A DNA stretch of 64,000 nucleotides from Mustelus asterias (taxonomy: Eukaryota). The stretch is from the NCBI RefSeq assembly GCF_964213995.1, contig NC_135809.1:42284001-42348000 (forward strand). The letters run 5' to 3'. The position numbers and the translations under genes were made by a program. The notes below the pieces were generated by a model. The model was given only the letters and a program-made list of their open reading frames with translations. It had not been told where the DNA came from and ran no database searches. Below are positions 35,605 to 47,329 of this stretch, piece after piece; position 1 is the first letter of the stretch, and the number at the start of each line of letters is the position of its first letter.

Positions 35605-35920
35605 TGGTTTAGTGGTAGCACTGTCACCTCTGAGTCAGAAGGTCAAGCATTCAACCCCCTTCAGAAATTTCAACACATAATCCAAAATGGCACTGTTGGA
35701 AATACTATTGTTCAGATGAGATAATAAACAGAGATTCTGTCTGACTTCTCAGGTGGATGTAAAAAATCATTTGACATTATTCAAAGAGTAAGGGTATTCT
35801 CAGTGGCCTGATCAATTTTTATATCTCAATTAACATCGCTGAAATAGATCAGCTGCTCATTTATTTCAATGTACTTTGTGGAAACTTACTGTATGCAAAT
35901 TACCTATCCTGCTTCCCTAA
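35605..35920 (+). mobile_element. Deu-domain SINE (SacSINE1/AmnSINE1-related), old copy
   Basis: tRNA-like head gtggtagcactgtcacctctgagtcagaagg, then ttcagatgaga...ctcaggtggatgtaaaa...ttgtggaaacttactgt, as I recall the Deu core. Confidence 0.7.
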
Positions 35921-35929
35921 TGCAGACTT

Positions 35930-36265
35930 GAATGCAGGATTTAAATTATCCTACTATAGACAGAGATAGTAATAGTGTAAAGAACAGAGAGCAGCAAGAG
36001 CTCTTACAGTGTGCTCAGCAGAATTTTCCGCATGAGTATATTTCTAGTCCAACAAGAAAGGAGGCATTGCAGGACCTGATTCTTGGGGATAAGGTAGACC
36101 AAGTAGAACAAGCATCTGTTGGGGAGCATTTTGGGGCAGTGATCATTGTATCACAAGGTTAGGTTCGTTAAGGAAAAGGACAAAAAATAATCCAGAGTAA
36201 GAATTATTAATTGGGGGAGATCCAACTTCAATGGGGTGAAAATGGAACTGAGCATTAGGGATCCT
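35930..36265 (+). mobile_element. CR1 endonuclease-region fragment
   Basis: DLNYPTID...SPTRKEALQDLILG...VGEHFG(S)DH remnant. Confidence 0.75.
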
Positions 36266-36309
36266 GTCCTGACAAGCAGATGGTAAAGGTGCACCCAAGA
36301 AACAAAAGA

Positions 36310-39300
36310 TAATATTTCTCCAGGTTGAAAATTGGAATATCAGGACTATACGTCCTGGCATGCATCAGGATTTGCAGTGAGCAGACAATGTACATAAGAT
36401 GCTATGGCATTGAACAATGTCAACATTACTGTTCTCTAACATACTACATTGACTGATACTGAATGAATACTGATGGGCAAAAGTGTAGATGTCCACCGTG
36501 AACAACAGCCTGAAGCAGATAATTGAGGCACCTGTTGCAACTGTGAACGCCTCATATCTCTGTGTCTAACATTTGAAGGATACTTTGTCAATATCATCGA
36601 TGCTTATGCACCAACCTTGCATGCCAATGCTGAGACAAAGATTACTTCTAAACCACTCTAGACAATATCTTGGAGCATCCGCCAAATGAAGATAAGGCAT
36701 TTCTCTTAGGACACTTTAATGCAAAAGCTGGGTCAAACTCAGTTTTATGGCAAAAGTGCCTCAATCATCATGGAGATGGAAAATAGACAATGGCTACTGG
36801 AATTTTGTGCAGAGTGGACTTTACATGATCAACAACTTCTTTCAGGGCAGATATCGGTACAAAGTGTCACCTGAGGTCTGACCACTGGCACCAACTTGAC
36901 CTGATCAACAGAATGCACAACCTGTCCAGTGCAATTTGTTTGTCAGTAGCAAGGTGAAGGTGCAACCACAGAAAATAAACAAGTCCAAGCAAAATGACAT
37001 GCCGTGCATCAATATTCCATGCATGAAGAATGGCAACAAAGGTCATAAGTTCACCGAAACTTTCAGGCAATCCCTTCCATCAGATAATGCTAATGAAGCA
37101 TGTAAGTCTCTGTGGTCAATCACCTATGAAGCTGCAGTAACCAAATTTGGCAAAGGAAGAAACAGGTAGAACGACTGCTTCAACGCTCACCTGTCATTTT
37201 AGGCTTACAACTTGTCTCCTAAAGCAGGTGACAATCTGACTGTAGATACGGCAATTGTACAGAAAGAGAAAGGTAATGTGTTAACAAGTATTGGATCAAT
37301 CTATGAAAAGAAATACAAACCGCCAATGACAATGATAACCTTCGCACTATGAATGATAGTATCAAAGGAGCACAGCCCCACCATCACCAAAATTGCTCCT
37401 TTGAAATCCACAGATGAGAAAGTGCACACTGACAGGAACAAGCAAATCATCCACTAGATAGAGCACTGTTCCGAGCTATACTCACGTGAGATGGATATCT
37501 CCCTGCTTTGATGACCTTTTGCAGTTACCTGTTACATGTGACCTTAATGAATTTTCATTACTTGGGACTGAAAAAGCCATTGACTCCCTAGTAGTCAGGG
37601 AAGCACCTGGAAAGGACGGAACATCAGCTGAACTACCAAAATATGGAAAGCCCCACTTGCTGCTAGATCTCCACAACCTCCTCCTCTGCTGGAGGGAAGG
37701 CTGTGTCCCACAGAATATGCATGACGCAAACATCACATGACATAAGAACAAAGGTGATCAAGGGATTGCAACAACTACTGGGGCATAATACTCCTTAGCT
37801 TCACTGGCAAGGCTTTGGCCAAGGTCATTCCAATGCGGCTGCACCGACTAGCCATCAGAATATACCCAGAGACATAATGTGGCTTCAGAGCAAACAAATC
37901 CACAATAAACATGATCTTCTCCCTACATCCGCTTCAATAGAACAGGTAGCAGCAAACACCAATGTACATTGCTTCTGCGGATCTCAAAAAAATATTCTGA
38001 AACTGTAAGCTGAATGGCCCTCTACCAGATGCTAGGGAAAATCGGCTGTCCTCCCGAGCTTCACAGTCTCATGCAATTCTTTCATGAAAACATTAAGTTC
38101 AATGGGTACATCTCTTGACAGTTTTGAGATCAAGAATGGGATGAAACAGGAGTACTTCTTAGCCCCTCCTCTATTTTGTATCTTTTTCTCTGTCCTCCTT
38201 GTTAACTGAATCAATTAAAGTTAAGTACATACAAGTGGAGGGCAATGACCAGATGGTTACTTGAGCACATATTAAGAGCCACTTTTGGGGTCAGGAGATA
38301 TATACCTGCAATGTTGCAGTCTATGAATAAATCTATTCCAAGTTAAAACTGATTTTAGATTCTTCCTTCACCAACTGACTTTCAGGAGTATAACACTCCT
38401 GACCCATGCTTTTCCTGATGACATGGAAGGAGTTCTACATGCAGAGCAGGTTCAAAAGGGTTGGATTGCCTACCTCTGCTCCAAGTTTCTATGATTAGAC
38501 TCCTCAACCTATCCAGACTGAAGACCAAGACAAGAGTGTGGCATGTTCTGATCAGAGAACATCTGCATGCCAACACTGCTGCACTAGTTGCCCAGACAGA
38601 AGATTACTCTTCCTGATAGTTAATCACCTTAAAGGTGCCAAAGTCATCAAGAGAAATTAAATCAACAAGCAGTTTTGGTCAATAGTTTCAACTCAACATG
38701 GCTTCTTTATCTCACTGTTAAACAAGAACCAAGTCTCTGAATTTGACTTGAGTTTGCTAATAACTCGATGCATTAATGATATCAATAGCATAGGAACACC
38801 GAGAATTCATGAAGCCACTTTGCTAAGATTTACTACTACTATCTGATCTTAATTGCCTTAGTATCCATGGGAATAGGTTAGCACATTGTTGTAAATTGTC
38901 GATTACAATATAATTGGTTAGAGGATGCAGCAAGTTTTGTACAACTGCCATATATTTCTGCAAGCATGTGTTATTGTTCATAATGAAATGTAACCTCTGG
39001 GGTCTAACAAGACACAGACATTTGTCTCAGCGTACGTGACACTAGCGACAGAGGTGGGGTGACACCAGATGACCCTCAGTCATAGCCAATGAAGAGTGAA
39101 TTTGGGCTATTTCCTAACAAGGTAATCAGAGAGGTAGAATTAAGGATACAAGTTGAAAACTCGGTCTTCCTTGGCACAGTTCCACTATTGCTTCTGTGGA
39201 GTAATTCTTCTGCCACGTAGTTCAACATCATTTCAGAAACAGCGGAAGACAGACTTTCACTGTGCTGTCAGCACTCAAGAAACCTGGGCCTTGAGGAATA

Positions 39301-39950
39301 AGAAACTTCCATGCTGTCTTTACTGCTTTTTGTTAACTACATATAACACTTTGTGAATAAATTCTACTTGATTAAAAATACTGGTCATTTGTACCTTGTT
39401 AGGTCAGGCACAACTGAGGACGCATTGTTATCAATTAAGAATTTGGAAATTAGATATTTTAATTAAAAGGGTTTTAGATCTCAAACCATCTTAACAACTT
39501 ACAGCATCTTCCTCATCACATGGAAAGCCAAAATCACCAATGAAGCAGTCTTTTTTCGGGCCAACATGTTGAGCATACTATCACTAATCAAGCAAAAGAG
39601 ACTTTGCTGGATTGTGCATGTATACAGGATGAGAGATGATCACGTCTCCAAGAGACCAGCAGAGTGCCCAAAGCTCTGATTCAAGAATCTCAAAAAACGT
39701 CCTCAACATCAATTATAAGTGGGAAACTCTAGCTGACGATTGATGCAAATGGCAACAACAACTGTGGACAGGATTCAATACCATCATGACATGTAGTTTC
39801 AAAAACTCCAAAGATGACACCAGCCCTGCAAACAAGGGGTGAGCAAAGACCATGCTGTGCCATCAGCAAGGGATGACCTAACGTGGCACTCATGGCAGAT
39901 TGTACCTTTCTAGAAACTACTTGCTCATCCATCAGAAGAACTGCAGATGA
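36310..39950 (+). mobile_element. Heavily decayed RTE-clade (BovB-like) LINE with internal insertions
   Basis: In order: NWNIRT (36330), AYAPT (36600), APGKDG (37600), DANI..KNKGD..DCNNY.GI.LLS (37720-37800), CGFRA, GCPP, NLSRLKTKTRV (38505), W..KITNEAV (39520). Confidence 0.8.
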
Positions 39951-40329
39951 TCTCAGCTAGCCTGAATGTTCTGAGCCTGCAGTCCGAACATCCCTCTCAG
40001 AAGGGAGGGTGCCAATTTGTAAAGTGCACTTTTGTATTAGGAAATTATTTGAGAAAAATCCAAATTGTGTGGAGTTGCCTTTTGGGAATCATCCAGTCAT
40101 AACACATTATAGATGTTGCATTATAATGCAAAGAATTTTACAGGTTTCACACCAAATAAAACAAGCTAAAATCATGCACTCCTGTTTCAATGATGCCTAT
40201 TCTTTGCAACTAAAATGCTGTATTAGAGTTGGATGCATTTTATAATCAGCACCATTGCTATGCCAGAAGAGAACATAATTCTTTTAAATACACTCCACTC
40301 TGGTTACAAGATATTTTGTTGATGGATTT

Positions 40330-43045
40330 TCCGATACTGGGGGTGTCGGGGAGATAAAAAAGCATGAGAAACAGCGAGATGGAGAGTGGAGCCGGGGAAA
40401 TAAAAGAGCCTTACCTTGATCCATTACACAGGGAGTATTGTGGGAGCTGCACTTGGTGACATCACAAGTTCAAAAGTGATGTTTTGGACAGAAGGGCTCC
40501 TGATTGATAAATGGTGGTCTGGTGATTTTTTTCCTTACCTTCAATTTCCATTCATTTTCATACCTATGAAGTTTTAGAGTAGTGGGATTTCGGCTAATGA
40601 TTGACTAATACAGTGCTGGGATTTAGAGTAGTACCTAGGCTGTTGTTTACAGATTAGTGTATTTAGTACTTTTATAGTGAGAATCGAACACTAGGGACCA
40701 TCTAGTTAGCTGTAAATTAATTTACTAGAAATACATTTTTCATTAAATAGTTGCTAGAGAGCAAAAATGGCAGTCAGCAGGGTAATAGGCTTCTCCTGTA
40801 GAATTTGGGATATCCGAGACAGTTCAAATGCCTCTGACAACTATATCTGCAGTAAGTGTGACCAATCGCAGTTCCTGTCAGACCGCATGGATCGGTGGGA
40901 GCAGAGTTGGACACACAGGAGCATGCAGGCTGTGGAAAGCATCGTAGTCAGGAGTTTGAGAGATGAGGTCTCACCCAAGGTTCAGGCAGATAGATGGGTA
41001 ACCACAAGAAGGGGCAGGCAGACAGTGCAGAAGTCCCCTGTGGCTATCCCTCTCACTAACAACTTTCCGTTTTGGATGTTGGGGGGGAAGGCGGGGGTAT
41101 TGCCTATCAGGGGAAGGTGATAGCAGTAGCCAGAGAGGTGGTGCCACCACTAGCTCTGTTGTACTGTAATAGGGGACTCTATAATCAGGGACACAGACAG
41201 GCATTTCTGCAGGCGCAAAACAGACTCCAGGATGGTGCATTGCCTCCCTGGTGCCTGGGTCAAGGATGTGTGTCTCTGAGCAGGTGCAGAACATTCTCAA
41301 AAGGGAAGGTGAGCAGCCAGAGGAAGTGGAAGACATTGGCACCAACAACATAGGCAAAAAGAGTGACGAGATCCTGCAAAGGGAGTTAGGTAGTAAGTTG
41401 AAAAGTAGGACCTCTAGGGTTGTAGTCTCAGGATTACTCTGTGCTATATGCCAGTGAAGCTAGGAATAGGAAGATAGTACATTAAATATGTGGCTAAAGG
41501 GCTGGTGTAGGAGGGAGGGCTTCAGATGTGTGGATCATTGAGATGTCTTCCAGGGCAGGTGGGACCTGTACAAGGAGGATGGGTTGCACCTAAACTGGTG
41601 GGGCACCAATATCCTGGCAGGGAGGTTTGCTAGTGTCACTCAGGAGGGTTTAGTGTGGCAGAGGGGTGGGAACCAGAGCAATAGGTCAGCAAGTGAAATG
41701 ACTGAGGGAGAGTTAGAGACTACAGCCAATGAGACTAAGAGGAAGAACAGATTGGGAAAGGTTACTGAAAACAGCAGGACTGGCGGTCTGAAATGCATTT
41801 GTTTTAATGTGAGGAGGATAACAAGAAAGGCAGATGAACTTAAAGCTTGGATTAGTAAATATAACCATGATATTGTAGTAATTACAAAGATCTGGTTGAG
41901 AAAGGGACAAGACTGGCAGCTCAACATTCTGGGATTTAGATGTTTCAGGTGTGACAGAGAGGGATGTAAAAGAAATGGCGGAGTTGTGTTACTGATGAGG
42001 AAGAATATCACAGCTGTACTGAGGGAGGACACCTTGGAGGACTCATCCAGTGAAGCCATATGGATAGAGCTCAGGAATAGGAAGGGTGAAATCACTTTGA
42101 TTTGATTGTACTACAGGCCTCCCAACAGCTAGCAGGGAATAGAGGAACAATTATGTGGACAGATTATGGAAACATGTAAAAACAACAGCGTTGTTGTGGT
42201 GGGTTATTTTAGCTTACCCTATATTGACTGGGACTCCCTTAGTGCCAGGAGCTTATATAGGAGGGTTTCTTGAAGCAATGATCCAACTCGGGAAGGGGCC
42301 ATACTAAACCGGATATTGGAGAATGAGCCCAAAGTTTCAATGGGGGGGGGGGGCATTTCGGGAACAGGGACCATAATTCCATAAGTTTTAAGTTATGGAG
42401 AAGGATCAAAGTAATCCTCGGATGAAAGTACTAAAGTGGGGGTAGGCTAACTACAACAAACATTAGGCAGGAACTGGGAATGGAGATAAGGAATGGTTGT
42501 TTGAAGGTATATCCACATCTGTCACGTGGGAATCTTTTAAAGGCCGGTTGATTAGAATTCAGGGCCAGCATGTTCCTGTGATACTGAAGGATAAGGATGG
42601 CAAGATTCAGGAACCTTGGATGACAACAGAAATTGTGAGCTTAGTCAAAAAGAAAAAGGTTTAGAAGACTGCAGACAGACGGAGCCCTCAAAGCACATAA
42701 AGAAAACAGGAAAGAACTTAAACAAGTTAGCAGGGCTAAAAAAACCATGAAACGTCTTCAGCAGACAGGATTAAGGAAGAATCCCAAGGCATTTTATACA
42801 TATATAAGGAGCAAGAAGGTAGCTAGGGAGAGGATAGGTCCACTCAAGGTCAAAGGAGGGAATCTATGCGTGGAGCCAGAGAAAGTGGGTGAGGTCCTTA
42901 ACAAATACTTGGCATCGGTCTTCACAAAGGAGAAGGACACAGTGGATGCTGAGTCTAGAGAGGGGTATGTTGATATTCTAGGGCATGTGGGTGTGAAGAA
43001 GGTGGTGTTGGGTGTTTTGAAAAGTATTATGTTAAACAAGTTCCA
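40330..43045 (+). mobile_element. Decayed CR1 (5' UTR, esterase ORF1, EN and tether; RT lost)
   Basis: ORF1 remnants CSKC, DRWVTTRRG, IGTN and HLN..GTNILAGRF; ORF2 GLKCICFN, WIELRNRKG and NPKAFYTYIRSK. Paralogous to 16967-21484. Confidence 0.9.
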
Positions 43046-43187
43046 AGGACAACAACAGAGGACTAATTAAATGGGAAACACCCACCTCCTCTAGTAATCC
43101 AGGGAAGCTGCATTATTTGAAGAAAATGCCACATTTTAAATAATATAAAGGTGTACAAAACCTCAGTTGGGGAAACACTCAGACCTT

Positions 43188-43700
43188 GGATGCGATCTTT
43201 CTGCCCTGCTGCGCTGGTTGAGTAGCAAGCCCACATGAGCAAGTGGCAAAAATAATTGCATTCGCGCCCGATTTCTCACCCCTCGCAATATTGCCAGCCG
43301 TGGCCTGCCGGGCGCGACACTGATTTAAATATTTATAAACTTATTTCAATATCTTTAGTGAGCCCAGGAGCTTTACAACCTCGCTGGTGGAGGTCCTCAC
43401 TGGCGAGGATCACACATGGTCCCCACCAACAGGGACCAGATGCGATGGCCTCACCAGTGGGACTGGAGACCATTGAAGTCCCCCAGGTGGTCGAGTGCAG
43501 TGCCCGCACTATATGGGAGATCAGGGCGCATGCCTAGCAGTCTGCAGCCGGCCTCCCTGGCGAGCTTAGGCCTCCTGCCCACCCCATTCCCCCAGCCCAA
43601 ACCGGTGTGAAACTCCCAAGTGCCAAAAAAATTGACAGAGTGTGAGAAAATTGCGTGGGGTAGCTTGCTGAAAAAACAGGAGTGAAACACTCCAGTTTTC
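43188..43700. repeat. GC/CpG-rich interspersed repeat, possibly MITE-like
   Basis: Abrupt GC/CpG-rich block with a central gatttaaatattt core in AT-rich flanks; family not identified. Confidence 0.35.
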
Positions 43701-45929
43701 AGACTTTTGTGACACAAAATTCCTTCCTCCCTCCCCCCTCACTTCTTTCCAATTTAAAGAAACCGCTTCCCCGTCACCACCCACCACTTGATCCCACCAC
43801 CCTTAGCACTCTGTATCACCATCTTACTCCTGCCGGGTGTCTTATTACAACTACAATTTCCAATCCATTTGAGAGAAAACTCCTAATACCATACATTTAA
43901 TAATGGTTCCCCTTCAAACTCACTAACAGCATTCCCATATTCAGCAAGCCTCCTTGTTAACTCCCACATACTGACACTGCTATTCAGGTGCTGCTAACAC
44001 CCAAATTTACATGCCCACCACCGTCACATCCAAATTTGCCTCCCAGGATTCTAACACTTCAAAACCCCTTTCCCTTCCTCCCCCACATGAAGTATGCCAT
44101 CCTTCCATATACCAGGTTCTCACTGCAATTGTACCACGGAAGCTTTAATACATTTGCACAAAACACGAAAACCATTCCCCCCTCGCTGCCCTCACATTTG
44201 CGCCATCTTTCTAGCTCTCCTATACCCTTGCATCCCTCCTGGATGATCCCATTCCCAATAATTCCAAAATCTGAGGGCCCCCTCCAATCACAGCCATCCA
44301 CAGCATCCCATAATAGCACTTTAGTACTAAATGCTGTTCCTACAGACTTCCTCTGTAATCTTAATGTGGTCCAGGGATAGAGGGCAAGGAATAATTTGAT
44401 CTGATCTTTTACGAAATTATTATAATTTAATATTTTAATTCTGCCTTTAATTATATGTACTATGACATATTATTCGTAAATTTCTCACTACATTGCTCAT
44501 GGAGAGTCACAGCATTTGCAGAAAAATGAATGCCAAGTGGCATCTTAAAGAGATTTACATGGGTTAATAAATTAAATTCCATTGTCATCAAATGATTTCT
44601 GGGTTTCTTACTGATGCCGTTAGTATGAATTTTACTACACCGCCCATTATTTCATCAAAACTGTAAATGAGTACTTTGAGTTTATACAATTTTCCTTACT
44701 TATTTCTATTGTTTACCATTTTGAAACTTACAAAATCACAGCACGATAAAGTTCAAGATACACAAATTACATGTCAATATCTGGCTTTTAATGGTGAAAT
44801 AATGAGGTTTAGCAGACTTTAACATCAATGTACAGCAAGACATCAGAGCCATCGGCTTACATGGTTGAACATGGAGCCTGTGATTCAGTACTAAAAGGAC
44901 ACCAATTGTAAAAACACATTCAAGGACATAATTTCCTGATTTGCCAGGCACTATACTACACTGGGGACAATTATGGAGTTAGTTAGCACAGGAAGGGGTT
45001 TTTTTGGTTTGTCATTACCGTGGAGGAGAATCATGTGTTTGGTAGAATCGGGGCCTGGAATCTGATGATCAGCACCCTAGCACATTTTGCATCAGTGTCA
45101 GCAGTGAGGTTGCAGCTCTGAGCAGGAAGAGGAAAAACCCCCAAGACCAAGGAAAAATGTCAGAGTACACAAAGACAATCCCATGAATAAAGTTACTCAT
45201 GCTATGAAATGTGCACTTTTGTATACCATCATAGTTTGGTCATTAGAAGATTTAGCTAGAGACGAAAACATGGTCAAAATTTATTTTGAGTGATTCAAGT
45301 ATTTCATTAACAAGCCATGGGGGGGTAGCTGACATGGGGTTTTTCTATTATTATGTGCTAACATATGGTTTTTATATTATATAAGATTGACAGAGTTTAT
45401 CCATTGTGACATATTGAGGAATGGATTTTTCATTATAAAAGCATGACACAGAAAGTATGATTAATTATCGTATACTTAAGATCACACACATAAACATATC
45501 TCCTTTATTCTGATAGTTCTCGCAATGTCCTTTACAGGTGCTCAATTCAAAGCTCTGCCAAGGATACTCCCATAAGCAACAATGTCGGATGACTCTCTTC
45601 ATCATTTACTCCATAACTCCCTGTGGGGAAACTACCTGCTCTCTGCTTTCCAGCTTCTTATGAAGAAAAGTTTAAAAATTGGAACTCTCAATCTGAATAA
45701 TCTTATCGCTGTTATTAATTGTCAACCATGTTAACACTAGAACAGGTAATAATCAAAAGAGCTGAAGAGTTACAGTTGAAATATGTTAACAGTGTCACTA
45801 CCGAAATATTTATGACTTACCAAACATGGTGTTGCATTGGAGAGCCTTATTGTGTGGGCTTCCTGCCTGCATGCTTTGCTCCATTTAATTTTAAATTTCT
45901 ATTTGAACCAAACCACACCAACAACTCAC

Positions 45930-46067
45930 CTTCTCTGCAAGAGCCTCCTCTAAGGTTGTAAGGGCAGTATCTGTATTGGTGGTATCTGCCTGCAGCGATT
46001 TTACACGCTCTTTCAGACTAGTCATTTGTTTCTCTTTATCCCTCAGTTGTTCCTGCAGGTTCTCAAT
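45930..46067 (-). CDS. ERC1: Internal coding exon of ERC1 (ELKS/RAB6-interacting/CAST family member 1), 46 codons, phase 0-0
   Basis: Translates to IENLQEQLRDKEKQMTSLKERVKSLQADTTNTDTALTTLEEALAEK, nearly identical to the human ERC1 segment as I recall it (ERC2 has DKQLTNLKDRVKSLQTDSS). CAG acceptor at 46068-46070 and GTGAG donor at 45925-45929 on the minus strand; 138 nt. Confidence 0.93.
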
Positions 46068-47032
46068 CTGCAAAATATATATTTTTTAAAAGTCAGATTA
46101 ATGGGAAAAATAGACATTGATATGAAATAATGAACAACATTTCCACCAAATTAAACACAAGTTGTAGTGAGAATTTAGAAGGGCTGTAAAATAGAATTGT
46201 GTACAGGAAGAACAATAAGCCAACTGGCTTCTTTCCATGCTGTAAACTTCTCAGGTTCTGGAAGCAATTTAGAATGTAGATCTTACCAAGTATCATTATT
46301 TAATTAGTCTTATTGTATACTCTGTGTTTATAAAGACAAAACCTAATCACTTCTGTTGATATTAAAAGGAATATTTCCAGTTTAGCATATCCTGCGAGTG
46401 GCAAGGTTGCCCTCTGGAGTGAAATTTAAGAATATATTGCACTCTGGCCAATCACACTACCAATACAAAATACATACCAATAATCTGCTACAAATCCAGT
46501 TCAGACACACAAATCCAGTTATTACAATGACATAACAATGGTACTTATATTGTCAATGCTTGTGGTAAACATTGAAGATCAAGAGTTTTCACTTGCCAAT
46601 GGCTGATATTACAACACTGTCCTTTCACTTTTATCTGTGTTCATGCTCAGCACAAGTTTGATGGGATGACAATATTTTTTTTCAATTCAGAGTGTAAAAC
46701 AAATGTGGCTAATTTCTCATCAGTTCTGACCAATCTTGGGTCAAACACCAAGCCTGATCATAACTCAGAACCAGTGCATTAAATCATGAATCTCATTCAA
46801 GTAATTCACTTAGATGGTTGACGGGGCAATAGGAAATATTTAGGGTGATGCACTTGAGAGAAAGTCATTTTATTTATATTTTGATCAAGCAGTAACAGTG
46901 GGAGCTTTATTTTCCATCTGATACATAGGTGGTACGTGAGTATCTATTAATTCCCAAAATCTAAGAGTGTAATCCTATCAGCTCAATGGCCAAAAACTTT
47001 TATATCCTTTTTTGTTTTCAAGAATGACAATT

Positions 47033-47240
47033 AAGTTTTATTTATAAGTGTCACAAGTAGGCTTACATTAACACTGCAATGAAGTCACTGTAAAAATCCC
47101 CTAGTTGCCACACTCCAGCGCCTGTTCGGGTATACGGAGAGAGAATTCAGCACGGCCAATGCACCTAACCAGGACATCTTTCGTAGTATGGGAGGAAACC
47201 GGAGCACCCGGAGGAAACCCACGCAGACATAGGGAGAACA
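47033..47240 (-). mobile_element. HE1/V-SINE-type SINE, 5'-truncated
   Basis: Reverse complement of the V core and tail (gtcacaagtaggcttacattaacactgcaatgaag...ggaggaaaccggagcacccggaggaaaccc). Confidence 0.9.
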
Positions 47241-47329
47241 TAAATTATCGGTATTGCAAATTGTCAGAGTGACTGAGTTTAACAGTCTGAAGATACAGAA
47301 TCAGCATGTGCAGTCCAAATAGCAAAGAG

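Noticed and set aside
43700-44400. Pyrimidine/C-rich block with ORFs of 86-130 aa
   Set aside because: No recognisable domain; probably an unidentified decayed repeat.
28828-46067. Assignment of the exons to ERC2/CAST
   Set aside because: Diagnostic residues (EKQM, QADTTNTDTALTT, DRDEREK, LQGD, SSGLKK) match ERC1 as I recall it, although a few C-terminal residues are ERC2-like. A phylogeny would confirm.
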